Shown here: positions 36,401 to 50,654 of the stretch, piece after piece
How the letters are laid out: the number at the start of each line of letters is the position of its first letter
How positions within the stretch are numbered: position 1 is the first letter of the stretch
Assembly: GCA_965637545.1 (NCBI GenBank)
Contig: OZ281495.1
Span: 24,118,001 to 24,182,000, forward strand
DNA: 64,000 nucleotides
Direction: 5' to 3'
Origin: Phallusia mammillata
Lineage: Eukaryota
The notes under the pieces: generated by a model
Seen by the model: the letters and a program-made list of their open reading frames with translations, nothing else
Told to the model about the DNA's origin: nothing
Databases searched by the model: none
Program-made: the position numbers and the translations under genes

Positions 36401-39400
36401 CAAAGATGGCGGAACCTGACATGATATTTCCTGTGGGGATGGAAGCTCCTGGAACAATATATAATATAGTGACTTTGTGCTAGAAACGTTTTCGTCGTTT
36501 AAAATATACCTTGAGGTCGTCACATTCCAGATCGTCCCTAGGTCTGCTCCATTCCTTCAAATATTCCGTGAGTCGTCGCTTCTCCTCTTGCTTTTGGTGT
36601 TTTATCTGAAACAAATAGTAATTCGAACGAATAAATTAAATTATTATAGAGTACTAGTATGTACATAGCTCGTTTGAACAGGTTTTATTTTTAATCGGTC
36701 AAACAGAAAAGATTTTTAAATCAGCGAAAGCAACGACAGAATAAAACAGGCCAAATGGCCAGAACAAGATAAATGACCGTTTTGTATATCAGCCGGGACC
36801 TCCGGTTATTTTTTGCTGGTCGCAATAGCGAAGTTTTTGTTGGGTATGTCAGACCATTGCAGCAAGATATGAACACTGCTGATGGCATGGGGATTTGCCG
36901 AAACGTTTGAAAAATAAAGTATGTGGCTTTTCTCGTCTATTTGGGCAGTTAGTTTCACCATTACACTCATGAACATTGGATGTTGTTTTTATTACGTTTT
37001 CCCGTTCCAGTCGATTTTTGATAATCTCTTCTTCCTTCTCTCTCCTTTTCTTTTCCTTGTCCAGTCTGGCAGTCTCTCTTAGCTTTTCAATTTCCACCGC
37101 TTTCTTTTTCTTAAACTCTTCACGTTCTTTGCGTCTAATAAACAATTAGGTTCCAGTAGCATGTAAAAAGTCATCAAATATATAATAAAAATTAAGGATT
37201 TCTGACTAAATTTTATTTTTGATCGCCACATACAAAAGATAGGCAAACTATTTACCCAAAAAGGAAAATAAAAAACAAACATAGTCCTATCCTAATATAT
37301 TTCTGTTTTTCTTCATAAACCTACTTTTCCTCTTTTTCTTTATCTCTGGCATATTCTTTGGAACCTGTAACAGTATTGAAAACAATCTTTAAAAGTTTGA
37401 AAATTGGAATAGTGAGCCTATTGTAATTCACAGACGAGATCGTCAGATTAAGGGTAAACGAGCCGCATTTGTAATATCTCATGCATATGGACATGTTGTG
37501 GTAAACTATTAAAACATTTCGGCGGGGGTCAAACGAGGCTGTCTTATTTGTGAACATCTGGTTTTTCAAGTGTGGCAAAAGTTAGGGCCAGAAACAGGTA
37601 ATACAAATGTCACAGAATCAATGAGTTTTCCATTAGAAGTGGCTCGAGGCATATCAGATGTTATCTTAGTCTCGACAAAAAGTCCAATTTTGCAAAGAAA
37701 ACTTACCTGACTTTGATCGTCCGTCTGAAGGTGACAGCTGTTAAATAGAACAAAAGATACAGTTATTTAATACCACGGAGTGAGATAGCGTGTAGTGTCT
37801 CAGTGTATAAGGCTAAGGAAAATAAACGCGTATCACAAAACAAACTTGGTAAATGTAAAACGGTTTTAGAACGACGTATGTGATTGGTCGTTTAGGCATA
37901 GCAATGATACACAACGAAATGTGGTGTTTGTTACTTAATACATTTGTTTGGTTTAATTTTGTTTATATACCTGCTTGACAGTCAAAATTAATTTCAAACT
38001 ATTACCCAGCGATGTACAATTATAAAGTATGATCATTTGGCCCTGTACATTAGATATGAACAAGACGGTGACAAATTTAACATAACGAATCAAAAGAAAC
38101 ATCTTTCAATTTAGCAAAGTTCAAGTCTATGTGATACCACCCACAGTCCCAAAAATAGAAAAACAAACAATAGTAGCCTTTGCACTCTGGACGTCCCGTA
38201 ATCAGAAGGTAAATTGGGCAATCTCCTGCGACAGTTTCAATTTAACGCCAACGGTCGGACAACGATTTGGGGGACACCTGCTACTTAAACTGAGCTCATT
38301 ATTTTTGAACAGAAAAACACCCTAAAATTGCATGGCGGATTAAGTCACCTCGTAATAATACATCGGTTCATTACTTCATGTTGTTGCCATATTGCATTTT
38401 GTACGTGGTTTCAAAGAAAAGGAAATCGTTTAAGTTGCATAATACTACATATACCACAGGCGTGGGTTGATAAAGTGTTTGTTTGTCAAGTGTACAAGTT
38501 ATTTGTTGAAACATTGACGATGTAGTGGTTATTCACTGTAATTGTTTTTTTAGGACAACAGAACGTACGGTGTAACCAGTTATTTGGTAGATTACTTTTC
38601 ATGCATCAATATAATCACCTGTTCACATTGATAAAAACAAACTGGAAAAAATATAACAAAACGAGAAAGTAAAAGTGGAAATAGAGTCCAAACTTAAGGG
38701 TTGCCAAGACCGGAAAAACATGAACTATCATGGTTTTGTATCAAACACATTATCTGCGTCAGTCTAAGTCGAGACGAGGTTAAAGACAAACGACTATGAA
38801 AAAGGTCACTAACGAATCGCGTACAATCTGATAGCGGCAGAACATGGACACGGTGATCGAAGAAAACAACTCTCCAGAAACAGTTTACAAAATAGGCAAC
38901 AACTTTTTATGCCACAATTTGAGTTGGGCAGTAAGGTCAGGTGTGAGGCAATTCGCCATTTTGGGCAATCACAGTAGATGAGATCATGCGCTGAATACGA
39001 TAAGATCGCTGTTTTCAAGTCAATTCGACATGATGGCCTGCTAGTGTTTATGCGGGGAAATTCGAATCGAATGTGTGGGCCTGTGAACGTGTGTAAGATG
39101 TTGCTTCGTGCTTTGGATTCACCCCGAGGGTCCGTGCGTCGCATCAAACTTGAGATAATGTTACTGCAAGTGAAGACACTATACGGAGTGCTGGCTTAAG
39201 CTTATAGCTTCGATAAGGAATTGGATTAAGTAATAAGGTGTTTTGGTTATTTGTCAGCAAAATAAGGGTCGTGTACAAGATTGCGAGTAAAACAGGTGTT
39301 ACAACTGGAAAATAGGAAGATGTTTGAAATACACCAAGCAGTTTTACTACAAAGCCACTTTGGCAAAATTTAGTAGAAATGTAGAGCGGAAGTAATATAA

Positions 39401-42400
39401 AAAAGTTAATGAATGCGGTTTTCTTACCTAAACCTAGAGTGTTGTTGTAATTTGTAAAGCGTTTTAAATACAGATTTCCATTAACGTGTTTCATGGCGAC
39501 AGGATTTTACGTAACAAGATTAAAAGTCTGCATTACAAACCAACATTTTCCTTTGATATGTGACAGATTTATTTTTGTGTAATGTTACCTAAGATTATGA
39601 TAAATCAGGTATGGAAAGAAATACTTTTGGTTGTTGCGACATTATTAACTTCAGGGAAAGCTCAAAACGACCTTGGAAACGTGATGTAAGTTGAAATCAG
39701 AGTAAGCAAAAGAATAACAAACCCATTTAGTTCGTATTGTTTCTACATTTAAATCATAAACGAGTGTTGACTGTAAACTTTTGTACAATGTTTTGTTGCA
39801 AAGAGAAAAGAAAACAAATAAAACGTAACAATTGGCCAGCGTTTAAATCTAATGTTATATCAAAGTGATTTTTATCATAAACATATCGTCTGAACGTTTT
39901 CCCTTAAAGTTTTGACGTTTTGACAGAAATTGTGAATGGTTGGAAGGGAAACGGTCGGTAATGTGTTCGTCTGCAAGATTGGACCTCGATTTGCTGGATC
40001 TTGATATTCCGATAAACACTCTGCAGTTCCATGGTATACATAGCAGATTGAGCGATGTTGAAGAATTCAAAGTAAGTACGTACTATGTAGTATATAGTTC
40101 TTAAGATATTCCAAGTGTATAGGAACAGGTAGAAACCAAATAATAACACATATACTTGGTATTTATATACGGTAAAAAATCCAAGTTGAATGATTTTAAT
40201 TTCCACATGCATTGATGTTTGTTTCATCAGAAGCAGATACTTCGCAATCTTTCGCGTTTGGAAGTTCTCGATTTAAGCTACAACGACATACAAGAGCTGC
40301 CACCAGATTTGCTTGAGGCAAACACTAAGATTCAAGAAGTCAACCTTCGAAATAACAAAATCCATGTTCTACCGTCTCAACTTTTCGAAGTAAGAACCAT
40401 ACCAACCATGCTTTACCTCGATTCTCGATCTATTTAAACTTACTTTATTACTTCTACAGTTTAGTGTGGATTTGCGTTCTGTCGACTTAAGCAACAACCT
40501 TATACAACAAATTCCAAACGGATTATTCAGCCAGTCGAGAAAGCTACAAACTGTACAAATGTGGTCAAACAGAATTTCCACCCTTCCACAAGACATGTTT
40601 AGGTATAACCAATAACCATACGAAAAAATATTTTCATTAGTGTAGGGTCTTGCCACAATTTTGGTTTATAGTAACAAGGGCGTCGCAAGATTACATCTAA
40701 CTTTACCATTACAATCATGGAACAACTTAGGGCCCGAAGATCCACATCATCATAGAGAAATGTGTTTCTTCCTAACTCCGTGGTTTAATGTGTCACGAAA
40801 GTCAATTTAATGCATTTTATAATGCATACAAATAACAACAACATTCTTGGATATCTTATTGAGTATATTAACGTTAGAATTCGCAAACGTTTTCGTTGAA
40901 ACTTGCAAAGTTTTGATCAAATCAAAAAAACACTTCTAATGGCCGTATTTACCACCTTCTTTCAGTGTTTTCGTGGCTGTAAATGTTGTTAAACGCGCAA
41001 AATTATTTCAGGAATAACGTGATGCTGAAGAAACTGAGTTTTAGTTGGAACAAACTCTTATTTTTGCCGGAGACCATCTTTAAAAACAACCCTGCACTTA
41101 GAGAGATTAGTTTCATGAAAAACGATATCCAGTGTCTTCCTCGTACATTGTTTCGATGGAATCCAAACTTGCAAAAGGTAAACAAATTTATGAGAAAATT
41201 CAAAATATAGGCACGTATCCAACATATTTAGATTAATTTTGGATACAACGACGTAAGGCTTTTGCCAAACAACTTTTTTGACGAAAACCGACAACTGGAA
41301 GTCCTTCAACTCTGGGCTAATGACTTGAAATGCATTCCCAAAGACATTTTCGCCAACAACAACAACCTAAGGCAAGTATTTGCTTCACATGAAAATTTTA
41401 GTTCACAAACATTTCATTTAAAGAGTATTTTCAGATTTGTTAATATGCTTCTGAGGAACCGAGGAATTCCGTGGGGGCTTCGACAAAGGTTTTCGAACAG
41501 AGCAGCTTTTCCTACAATGCGTACACTTCGTAATAGGTTAAAGCAGCTCGGAAGTGAAACTTGTTTTCTTCCTGACTGCGATTGGGACGCACAGTCACAA
41601 ACTATGGACTGTAGCTTTCGGTCAGTGGTGCTTGTATTTTTCACTGTTGGTACCCTAATAGCTTGCGTGAATTTCTTCAGGCACCTTATTACATTAACTG
41701 ACAGAAGTAAATCAAACTGGACAGACGACCACAAAATTTAAAAGTGGTGTAGTTGTGAAAATGTTAATTGTTAACAATTTCAAAACATGCTGAACTTTAC
41801 TTTTCACAAATATACCTCAACAACCTGGATTTTGAAACCATACTTAGTACCGCCTGATTTGATGGTTTATGTCCTTAGGGAATACATGTTTCGGTTAGCG
41901 AAACTGTATCAACAAACAAATGTCACCCCAATGCTACTACATTTTTTGCCAGAAACATGACAACGGTTGCTCCATTATTGGGAACATGTGAAAAGGTCAG
42001 GCACCTCAAGGTAAATGGAAATCGATTAAGTGATGCTGTAGAAATTGGACCAATGGTTGGACACATGGAAGAGCTAAGGTGAGAGATTGCATCATGTTTT
42101 GGATCATATGACCCAATCATTGTACTTTCAAATACGTTTTAAATGGCTGTAGGACACTGGAAATGCAAGACAATGAATTTGAAGGGGAAATACCTGAGGA
42201 AATGCTAGGGGCTGGAGGATTGCTATCCACTGTTGACATGAGCAGGAACTCATTTACCAGTATTCCAAGCAGGTTATTCATTGGCAACCCTCTTCTTCAG
42301 GCAAGCTAGATTAAAATATTTAAACAGGCAACATACATATGACATAGGCAAAATTTTGCAGAAAGTGAACATAATGCAAAACAGAATTCAAACCCTGCCA

Positions 42401-45400
42401 AATAAACTTTTTGAGGAAAATCTTCACATGGAACAATTTTATGCTTCTGGAAACAGGATTGATGATTTACCAAATGATGTATTTAGAAGAAACAGTCTTT
42501 TGGAAGTTGTGCAACTTTCTCAAAACAGAATTGCTGTGGTGTGTACTTATGCATGTGATCACTAGGGCATTCTTTAAACAGTCAATAACGATTGTAATTT
42601 CTACTTATATTTTACTATACTCGAATGCAACAAGCTGCATACGGCGCACACTGTTTATAAGTTTAGGTTTCATCTGTGCATCTAGTAACAAGATATGAGC
42701 GTTAGACGTCTACATTAACCAATATGGCCCGTGTTTTGTCATCAGCTGCACCGATCAGACCTTACAGGTCAAAACAGTGTGCATTGTCTGCAGTTTATTC
42801 ATCATTTTTTAGCTTGATGCTTTTGTACGTGTATAGCAGTTTACAGACAATTGCAGGTCAAAACTGGAACTTTCGCAAACAACCAAAAACTAAAAGTGGC
42901 TGATTTTTGTTTTAACAACCTACAAGGTGATATTCATATTGCTGACTTGGGAAATTCTTCACAGTTGGAATCCCTTCTACTAACGGGTAAGATCTTGTCA
43001 GGTAATTTCATTTCTATGCAACTTTGACAGAAAAGACACATTTTTATAGGAAACCATATCAGAAATGTGCTGACAACAGGAATGACAAAGGAAACACACC
43101 GTTCTAATGAGATATCACTGAATGACAACATTTTGCAAGAAGTTCCTGTTGATCTGCTTGCAAACAAACCTAGCACAAGAATACTTAGACTCAATAGAAA
43201 CAATATTAGAAGAGTGAATGAGAATGCATTTTCAAAGGGTGCAAATTTGTTACTGATTGATCTCTCCAACAACAGAATCTCAGAGCTACACAGCAGAACT
43301 TTTTCCAACAATACCAAGTTAGAAGAGTTAATTCTCGATGCCAATGTGCTAACTGAGTTTCCATCCAATCTGCTAGCCAACAACATTGAGTTACTAACGT
43401 TCAGTGCAAGTGGAAATAGGATTCAAAGCATTTCAGTGGACTTTTTTGCAAGTACCACCAAGCTTCAAGAAGTACGCTTGGCTGACAATCTAATAACAGA
43501 TGCTGGGATTCCTGACAGTCTGTTTCAGTTTAATCCATCTTTAAAGTATGTGTCATTTAGTGGTAACAAGATACAGCGAATACCAAGCCTTCTATTTCTT
43601 GGGACTCGACAAGTGTCACATGTGTATTTCGAACAGAATGATTTGCAAGAAATAGACCCCAACACATTCAGTGCACCCATTGTAAGAGACCCACAGCCTG
43701 AGACCAGCAAACCGGTGCATCTGACTGAAAATAGTGTGTCAACTAACACGCTACTTTTAGAGGTAGGTGATACCTACATTTTAAAATAAACAAACAATTG
43801 TCCAACTTATAATGAGACCAATCAAAATTGACAACTTTTTCAAAAATGCTTTAATACCGAAAGCTGATCTTCTGAAAAGACACTTTTCATAAAACCTTAG
43901 GCAAAATATAACATATTCATTGCCTGTCATGCTAAGGCAGTGATTCTTAACTTTTTCCTGTGTTGGCACCCCCTTTGAACTTACAAGTATTTGCACCCCG
44001 GGTAGCATTTTCTGCAAATGAAGTGATATTCTTTTACCCTATTAATTAACATTTTCACATCCCCATGAACAGGTTTTATACACTAGGTCAGTAGTTCTCA
44101 AACTGTGTGTCATGGCGTCCTGGTGCGTCGTTTTTATTTTCCAAAGGCGCCGCAGAATAGTTCTGTTTTGTGGCTTTTTGTTGTTGTATCAATAAACGCA
44201 ACTTTAATAATAAGTTTCCTCATTAACTTTTATTTGCTGGCGCGTCGTAAGACCAGAAAACTTTTCCTGAGGCGTCGCAACAAAAAAAAATTGAGAATCA
44301 CAGCACTAGGTCAAGAACCACTGGAACCTTAAGGAGAACCTATATGTATAATTTGCCATGTTCATTTTTCAGGTGTACCAATCCATTAAAAATCTGGGCC
44401 TGGATCCAACAACAGCAAACCAAACAATCGATGCTCTTGTTGGGCAGTTAAAGGCAGTTAACCTGAGGGGGAATCCAAAGTTGGAACCAATTGGATTGGC
44501 TGACTTGTTTTTTGGACGTGACAACATAGAAAAACTTATCAGGATGTTAAGAGACAAAAAAGATTGAAAAACTTTATTGAATACCAATGTTCAGTCTCAT
44601 TAAAGTTTCATAAAATCTTAATGCTGGCACCAAAGGTGTTTTTAAGTACATGGTTTTTCTTTTGCGTTTTTCAAATTTTGCATAGTTTGTAACAGTGGTC
44701 CACAGGGTATATAAGTTATAGGTTGCAGAGAACCCCAACACTTACAAAAAGATATTCACAAGTTCCCTTTTGGAAATTGTGCTCTTTAGCTGACAACTGA
44801 AATACATATTTATTTTGTGGGGATAGTGGGAATGACAAATATGGCAATAGGTGTATTTAAAGTGAGCAGTTGTTCTTCATTTGCACATACCACCTCCACA
44901 TGTTTGATGTTAAAATTCTGTTAGTTTTTTGTTTAATGCAAAAAAATAGGCTTTTTGCATGTTGGCTCAAAGTGTCAAAACTGAAGAGTGCATTAAAGTA
45001 GCTTCACACTATACAGATGAAAGACGAAAAAGGTATCTCCAATTTATAAAACAATTATATCCACCAACATTATCGCTTTTAAAGAAAAAAATGGTTTATT
45101 AACAAAACATTTTTTTCAAACATAAAATGGTTTGTATGTAGAAAACCAACAATGCTTGTGAAAACAAACACCATCAGTATCTATTATTGAATACAAACTG
45201 AATTTTGAAAGAATCTTGCAGGCAATCTTAGTTGTCACTGCTGCCATGTTTTGTGTGTTTTATTTGTGACAACCTATCAGATGATACTTAAATGTAAGTA
45301 AACTACTTTACCTTAGCAGATTTGCTCTTTGGTGAATGGCAGGCGAAAGAGGGCTTTGGTCCAACAAATATGTTTTCCCATTGCAAGGATGCTAACTTTA

Positions 45401-48400
45401 AACGATGTTTCAATTTTTCCTGCATAGAATATAAAAGTATAAAACTTGGTGTTTTCAGTTACATATACATCACGGTATTTTGACAATGAATTTGTATGAT
45501 TTTTAACCTATTTAATGAGTTTTCAACATTATGTCTGTTTTTGACCACAGCTTTTTGAGCACATATTTTTCAGTTAAGTTTTAAATACTACTGTTAAGCA
45601 TGTTAATGAAAAATCTAAATCATAGAAAAACTATGATTAATAGTGGTTTTCCTATATATTGCCAGTTTATATATACTACATCTACATCATATTTAACGAT
45701 GTATCACATATACCATTTACTATATTTATAATGTATATATATTTGGCACCTCCATTTCATTGGGTCCCTATCTTTTTCCTGGCACTTTATAACATAATTG
45801 TTTCTGCAAGCATAATCTAATGGGTCCCCACAGATATGCATATGCGATTTGGTAACAGTAAAAATAGGGCACAATCATTGTTAGATATTTACCAATTTAC
45901 TATACACATCATTTGATCTACACATATGATTGTTTTTGCATCCAAAAACCCATGGGTCCCCACACGCGCGTTTGTGTGGATTTATGGTAAACAAACATCC
46001 TGGTTATTTTTAGATTCTTAATAAAAAACTTTAGCCTTAACCCAACTTTAAAAGTTTTGTCCGTATTCTTTTTGCATCATTATTGTCATATAATTAAAAA
46101 AAACAGTAAATATGAACAGGAAAAATAATTTCAATTTAATCTCATGCTTTGACCTTGATATTGTCAGTCAAGGTCAGTTTTTAAACACAATTTTCCAGTT
46201 TGTGTTTAAATATGTGCTTGATAACTTAATAAAACGACATAGCATAGCTGCGCAAAAACAGCTGATTTCTAATCACCAACAGGACTGTCAGTTCGGACGT
46301 CAAGCTGCGCACTCCCGCTGCATTCACACTCCTTGATCGTAAACAAGTGAATTACTACTTTGAGAGTTGAGACTTCTATCTGACTGACAGTGTACACATA
46401 TTATGGGCTGTAAAAGTAACTATTTGGCCGATTAAGGCAATTTTTTTAATACTAAACAAATAACCCACTGCAAACAATTGTTTAATATTTCAGCACATTA
46501 GGGCTTGTATTTCTGGCCTAAAACTTATTATGTTGGGGTTTAAGGGGTAAAAATGGGTGAATCCAATAAAAAGTTAGCTTACATTGCACCAACCAACAAA
46601 GCATGAAACCCTCAGATAATGTACTTAAGTCAGAACAGCCGTGTTTAATTTTTAGCATTTTGGGGGCCTGTGGGTGAAACCCAGGGTCATTTGGGGTCAA
46701 ACTTCAGGAGGATCGGATTCGGAACAATAACTAACATCTGTGCAAATTTGAATAAATTTAAAACACTCTTTCTTGACCAAACGCATTTAACAAACCAGCG
46801 TTAGACATAAACGAATATTTTGGGGTTTAAGGGGTGAAAATGGGTAAATCTTTTTTTAAGGTACAAAATTCTTTGAAATGCCTTATATTGCACCAAACTA
46901 CAAAGCATATAACTCCTTAATGAAGTACTTTAGCAAGTATAGCCGTTTTAAAAAAAATACGTTTTGGGGGGCTGTGGGTGAACCGAGGGATCAAACGGGG
47001 TCATAATTCACATGGACCATCTTTAGACCAATATCTATAATGTGTGTAAATTTGAAAAAGTTTGAACCATTCTTTCTTGACCAAAACGTGGGAACAAATC
47101 TGCGTTAGAAAGAAAAAATGAAAAAAAATACAGACAAAAACAATATGTGTCCCCTTCAGGGAAGGGGACCCATAAATATGTTGTAAATACAAACACTTGC
47201 GTTTCTACGGATTGGTAAATAAAATATTATTTATCACAACTTGTGTAAGTGTTTATTTCTGTTTAACTTTACCATTATTCCATTCCGCAACTGTAAGTCA
47301 GCTTACATGGTGAAAGTTTAACCCATTACAGTATTCCAGTCTTGTAGCTGAGTTGGGGCATACATAAGTCATTGTCAAAACTGGATAAAGATTACCTTTA
47401 CAACATATGCTTCAGTAACATATCCTGTTGGCTTCTCACAGTTTGCTTTGAGAAATAGTTTATTTCCTTGTCTAGTGAACATACTCTTCCTTCTCCTTAA
47501 CAACAGACAAACACAAAAAATAGCAAATAAGCTATTATCACACATTAAGTGTAGAACAGCCACTTTGGTAATTAACTATTGATTTGTTAAGTGCACCTCA
47601 TTGAAAAGAAAGTGTGTGCTCACAAATAACATACCTGACTTTTGACATTGGAACAACTTCTTCTATGCCATCTGTTACTGTTTTAACTCTGTACTTAATG
47701 TCAGCAGCATCAAATGGTTTAGGTTTTTGGTATCTGTAAAAAAGTAACATGCTTGTAGAACAACATGTGTATTTTGTAGTGGCCTATATAAAAAGCACAT
47801 TTTTACCAGTACAAACTGCATACATACAGCAAGCCTAGTCAGCCATAGTTGTTATCCTAAGTTACTTACAAACCATTCTGATTAAAGCAACCTTTTCTTA
47901 CAATTTACGAAAACATACAACAAATTTAATGCTAATACGTCTCGGCTACAGTTGAGGATGAAAATATGCATTTAACTGAAATAGGTGATTAACAGGATTG
48001 CAATTAACTGGAATAATCTTGATATGTTTTAAGAAGTCTGTGTTATTCGAAACACTTACGATGATAGTGGCAGGTCATCTTCATCTTCATCACTGCTGTC
48101 TTTTACAACAAACACCTCTTCACCATTCATGTGCCCATTTTGGTTTGGTTTGGAAGATATCACTTTCGTGACATGGCAAGTGGTTCTTAAAAATGAAAAA
48201 ACAAAACAGTTAAGACAAGTTATGTACAAATGTACAAAAAATTGATTATACTTTCGTGACTTTTCGCCTAAGAATGCATCAACTTCTTCCCCAACAAAAT
48301 ATCTTTCCTTTACAAATCCGTAGATATCATCATTAAGTTCTTCGATTCGGCTGCGACACGATAATCCCACCAAGTAAAGAATTGGTTTCTAACACACAAA

Positions 48401-48984
48401 ACAAAAAAATATGCATATTATTATTATTTAAGTGGTGGGAAGAGGAATGCTGGTTGAGTTCAGTAAAGTTAACAAAAGCAGTCTTTTTACCTGTAAGCTA
48501 ATGGGGAAATTCAACAACCTTTTACGAGCTGCCTTTTCACAATCTAAAGCTTCTTGGAAAGTTAGATTTGGTCGGTCAGTGATTGAACAACTCCAAACCA
48601 GACTGTTGCATAAGATTGTTCGCTCATAAAATTCCCTGTAAAAAAGTAACTTACTTCAAACAATATGCACAAAACTGGTCAACAAACAAAAACAGTATGC
48701 AATGCGTAAGTTAATTGTGTAAGTACAAACACTGGTAGGCATGGACCGAAAAGATGTTTGGTAGTTTGCAAGACAAAAATGTTGGTGTCTTCTTTAGCAA
48801 TATACATTTTTTCTACAATAAGCTGCCTGCAAAACTTCAAAACTATTGTTGGATAATAAAAATATACATACTCATAGTCACGAAAAATTTCATTGGTTAA
48901 TGTGCAATGAAAAACTTCTTCATCTGGATTAAGATCGCCTGGGACTTTATTGGGCACAAACAGCTTCTTATGCAACAGCGGCAT
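27499..48984 (-). CDS. BAZ1A: BAZ1A/ACF1 bromodomain adjacent to zinc finger 1A (ISWI-complex subunit), multi-exon
   Basis: WAC start MPLLHKKLFVPNKVPGDLNPDEEVFHCTLTNEIFRDYE (48984-48872); DDT FGQVLSLIEFFHVFSDIFEVQDEFPKG (~36320-36470); WHIM1 EEKLSLLQCL (~33690); WSD RRYWVVSTAPGIFVEE and NTRGYRESKL (~31350-32000); PHD exon 29056-28892; bromodomain VPDYYDIIKKPMDL...DQIFLNCHEYN; stop at 27499. Not every internal exon was resolved. Confidence 0.95.
39927..44567 (+). CDS. Large leucine-rich-repeat protein nested antisense in a BAZ1A intron; first exon not resolved
   Basis: Many LxxLxLxxNxL repeats (e.g. LEVLDLSYNDIQELPPDLL, LLLIDLSNNRISELHSRTF), two Cys N-cap-like segments (CEWLEGKRSVMC, CDWDAQSQTMDC), spliceable exons from 39927 to 43762, and a last exon 44373-44567 ending in a stop. 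Confidence 0.85.
44089..44303. mobile_element. hAT MITE, probably nested in an older element (~43938-44323)
   Basis: TIRs CAGTAGTTCTCAA / TTGAGAATCACAG with TSD CACTAGGT. The outer ends cagtgattcttaac / gtcaagaaccactg have no clean TSD. Confidence 0.75.
46342..47177 (+). mobile_element. Non-autonomous Helentron/HINE-like element with two internal ~287-bp tandem units
   Basis: It starts AACAAG, has tggggtttaagggg at 46534 and 46821, and has a 3' hairpin GTCCCCTTC-agg-GAAGGGGAC at 47149-47169 followed by an AT-rich end. Confidence 0.55.
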
Positions 48985-50654
48985 TTTACAAACAACCTTG
49001 AAAGTTGAAACATAAAAATCTGGTTAATGAAAAATGAAATTATTTCTTTATGTAAACCAATACAAATGATTCTTATTAATTGCTTATCATATTTGCCATG
49101 TGATTTCATACCAATAAACTAATATGTAATTAACCAGGATACTTTCCAACTTATGATCAGCTACAACTATGTGAAACTGAAACACAATATTACCCGGTAT
49201 ATGGGCATGCAATTAACCGGAATTGCCTGCAAAACCGTTGCTATTTAAACTTGCTAGCTGAACTTTAAAGGAAACTTTGAAGACAAGATAATAATCATCA
49301 TCAAACAATGTCAATCATTTAAGTCTTTATAGTTGTCATTGGCCTTACTTGATCAATAAGTCCTCTTTGAATATGTTTTAAACAATTAGGACGGGAGTAC
49401 AGACTACGGAGTCAGTGACTATATGAAGTTTTTCATTTAAATGCAATGCAGTTAAAAAAACGTTTATGTTTTCATTCAGTCCACCAATACAAAGTTAATC
49501 TTTTAATTATAAGAAAAACAAACAAACTCAAAATCCCCTTTCTATAACAAAGGCATAAAGCACTATATACAGGATCATTGTTGATCCACCGACTGAAGAA
49601 CAATTTTCACCATCGACCTTATAATATATACTGTTAGGAAATTGGACAAATCTCATTTTATTCACAACGAAAAGTAATACAGTCCATACTTGACTTTCGT
49701 TTAATTTCCCATTCATTCCTGTTCCCGCTGACCACAGGAATCAGTGTTTCAAAAAATGTTTGTAATACTTTTTTATTTGGTAAAACAACCAAGATCGGTG
49801 TAGGAAATAATTTGTCATCATTTTTTTAGGATGTACACAGGCATATTCTTGTAAACAGGTTTAGTTGATTACCTGCAATCAGAATTTGTCATTTTCTAGT
49901 AGGTAAGAAAGGAAGTACTGCTTTGCCACAGATATTTTGTTGTCCTTCGCCATAATCAGGTGTTCACTCAACCGTGACTGCCGATAAGAAAGTCAAGGGG
50001 GGTAAAAAGGCGCCAAACTAGTTGCCACGATATTTTGTCTGAGAGAAAGACTTTAGTAAACTTTACAGATCTCCAAATTTTTGAATGTTGACTTGTTCTT
50101 CCCTGTACTTGCGACATGGCGATTAGGCCCATAACATGCTAAAAAAACTAGTTGGTTGTGAAACCATTTTGTTGCTGGAAAGCAATTTTCTTTCGACATA
50201 ACAAATAACAACTCGACTGCAATCCTCACTATTTGATGCTTTAGCTATACCTGATTATTACGGGAATGTATATATGTGGTCGCGGGTTGACAAAGCCTGA
50301 GCTGACCGTGTAGAGCAGACCAAAGGCTATTGTTCAAAACCTACACTTGGTCGCCATCAGCACAAAATTCCAATTGTACTTTAATTGTACGTATACTTGA
50401 TTCACTGAACAACAATTAGGCTAAGTCAAGCGTTCAATAAAAATATGACTCAAAATGATTGAGCGTTTGCATAGATAACAATACATCAACGGAAAACATG
50501 GGCAAAATGTGCAAACAACCATAAAGATTCAAACACATACAAGCATATATGCTTGGACAATATATTGTCCTAAAAATATGGTGGAAATACAAAAAGCCCA
50601 TCCTTCAACATAAATTATGGTAAAGCAGGAGAACTGGACCTAAATGAAAATGGT

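Noticed and set aside
38100-39500. Several 60-116 aa ORFs in the BAZ1A intron as a third nested gene
   Set aside because: They have no recognisable motifs and no consistent splice frame. They may hold the missing first exon of the LRR gene, but this is unsupported.
42934-43749. Minus-strand ORFs (150 aa and 74 aa)
   Set aside because: They are antisense shadows of the long LRR exon.
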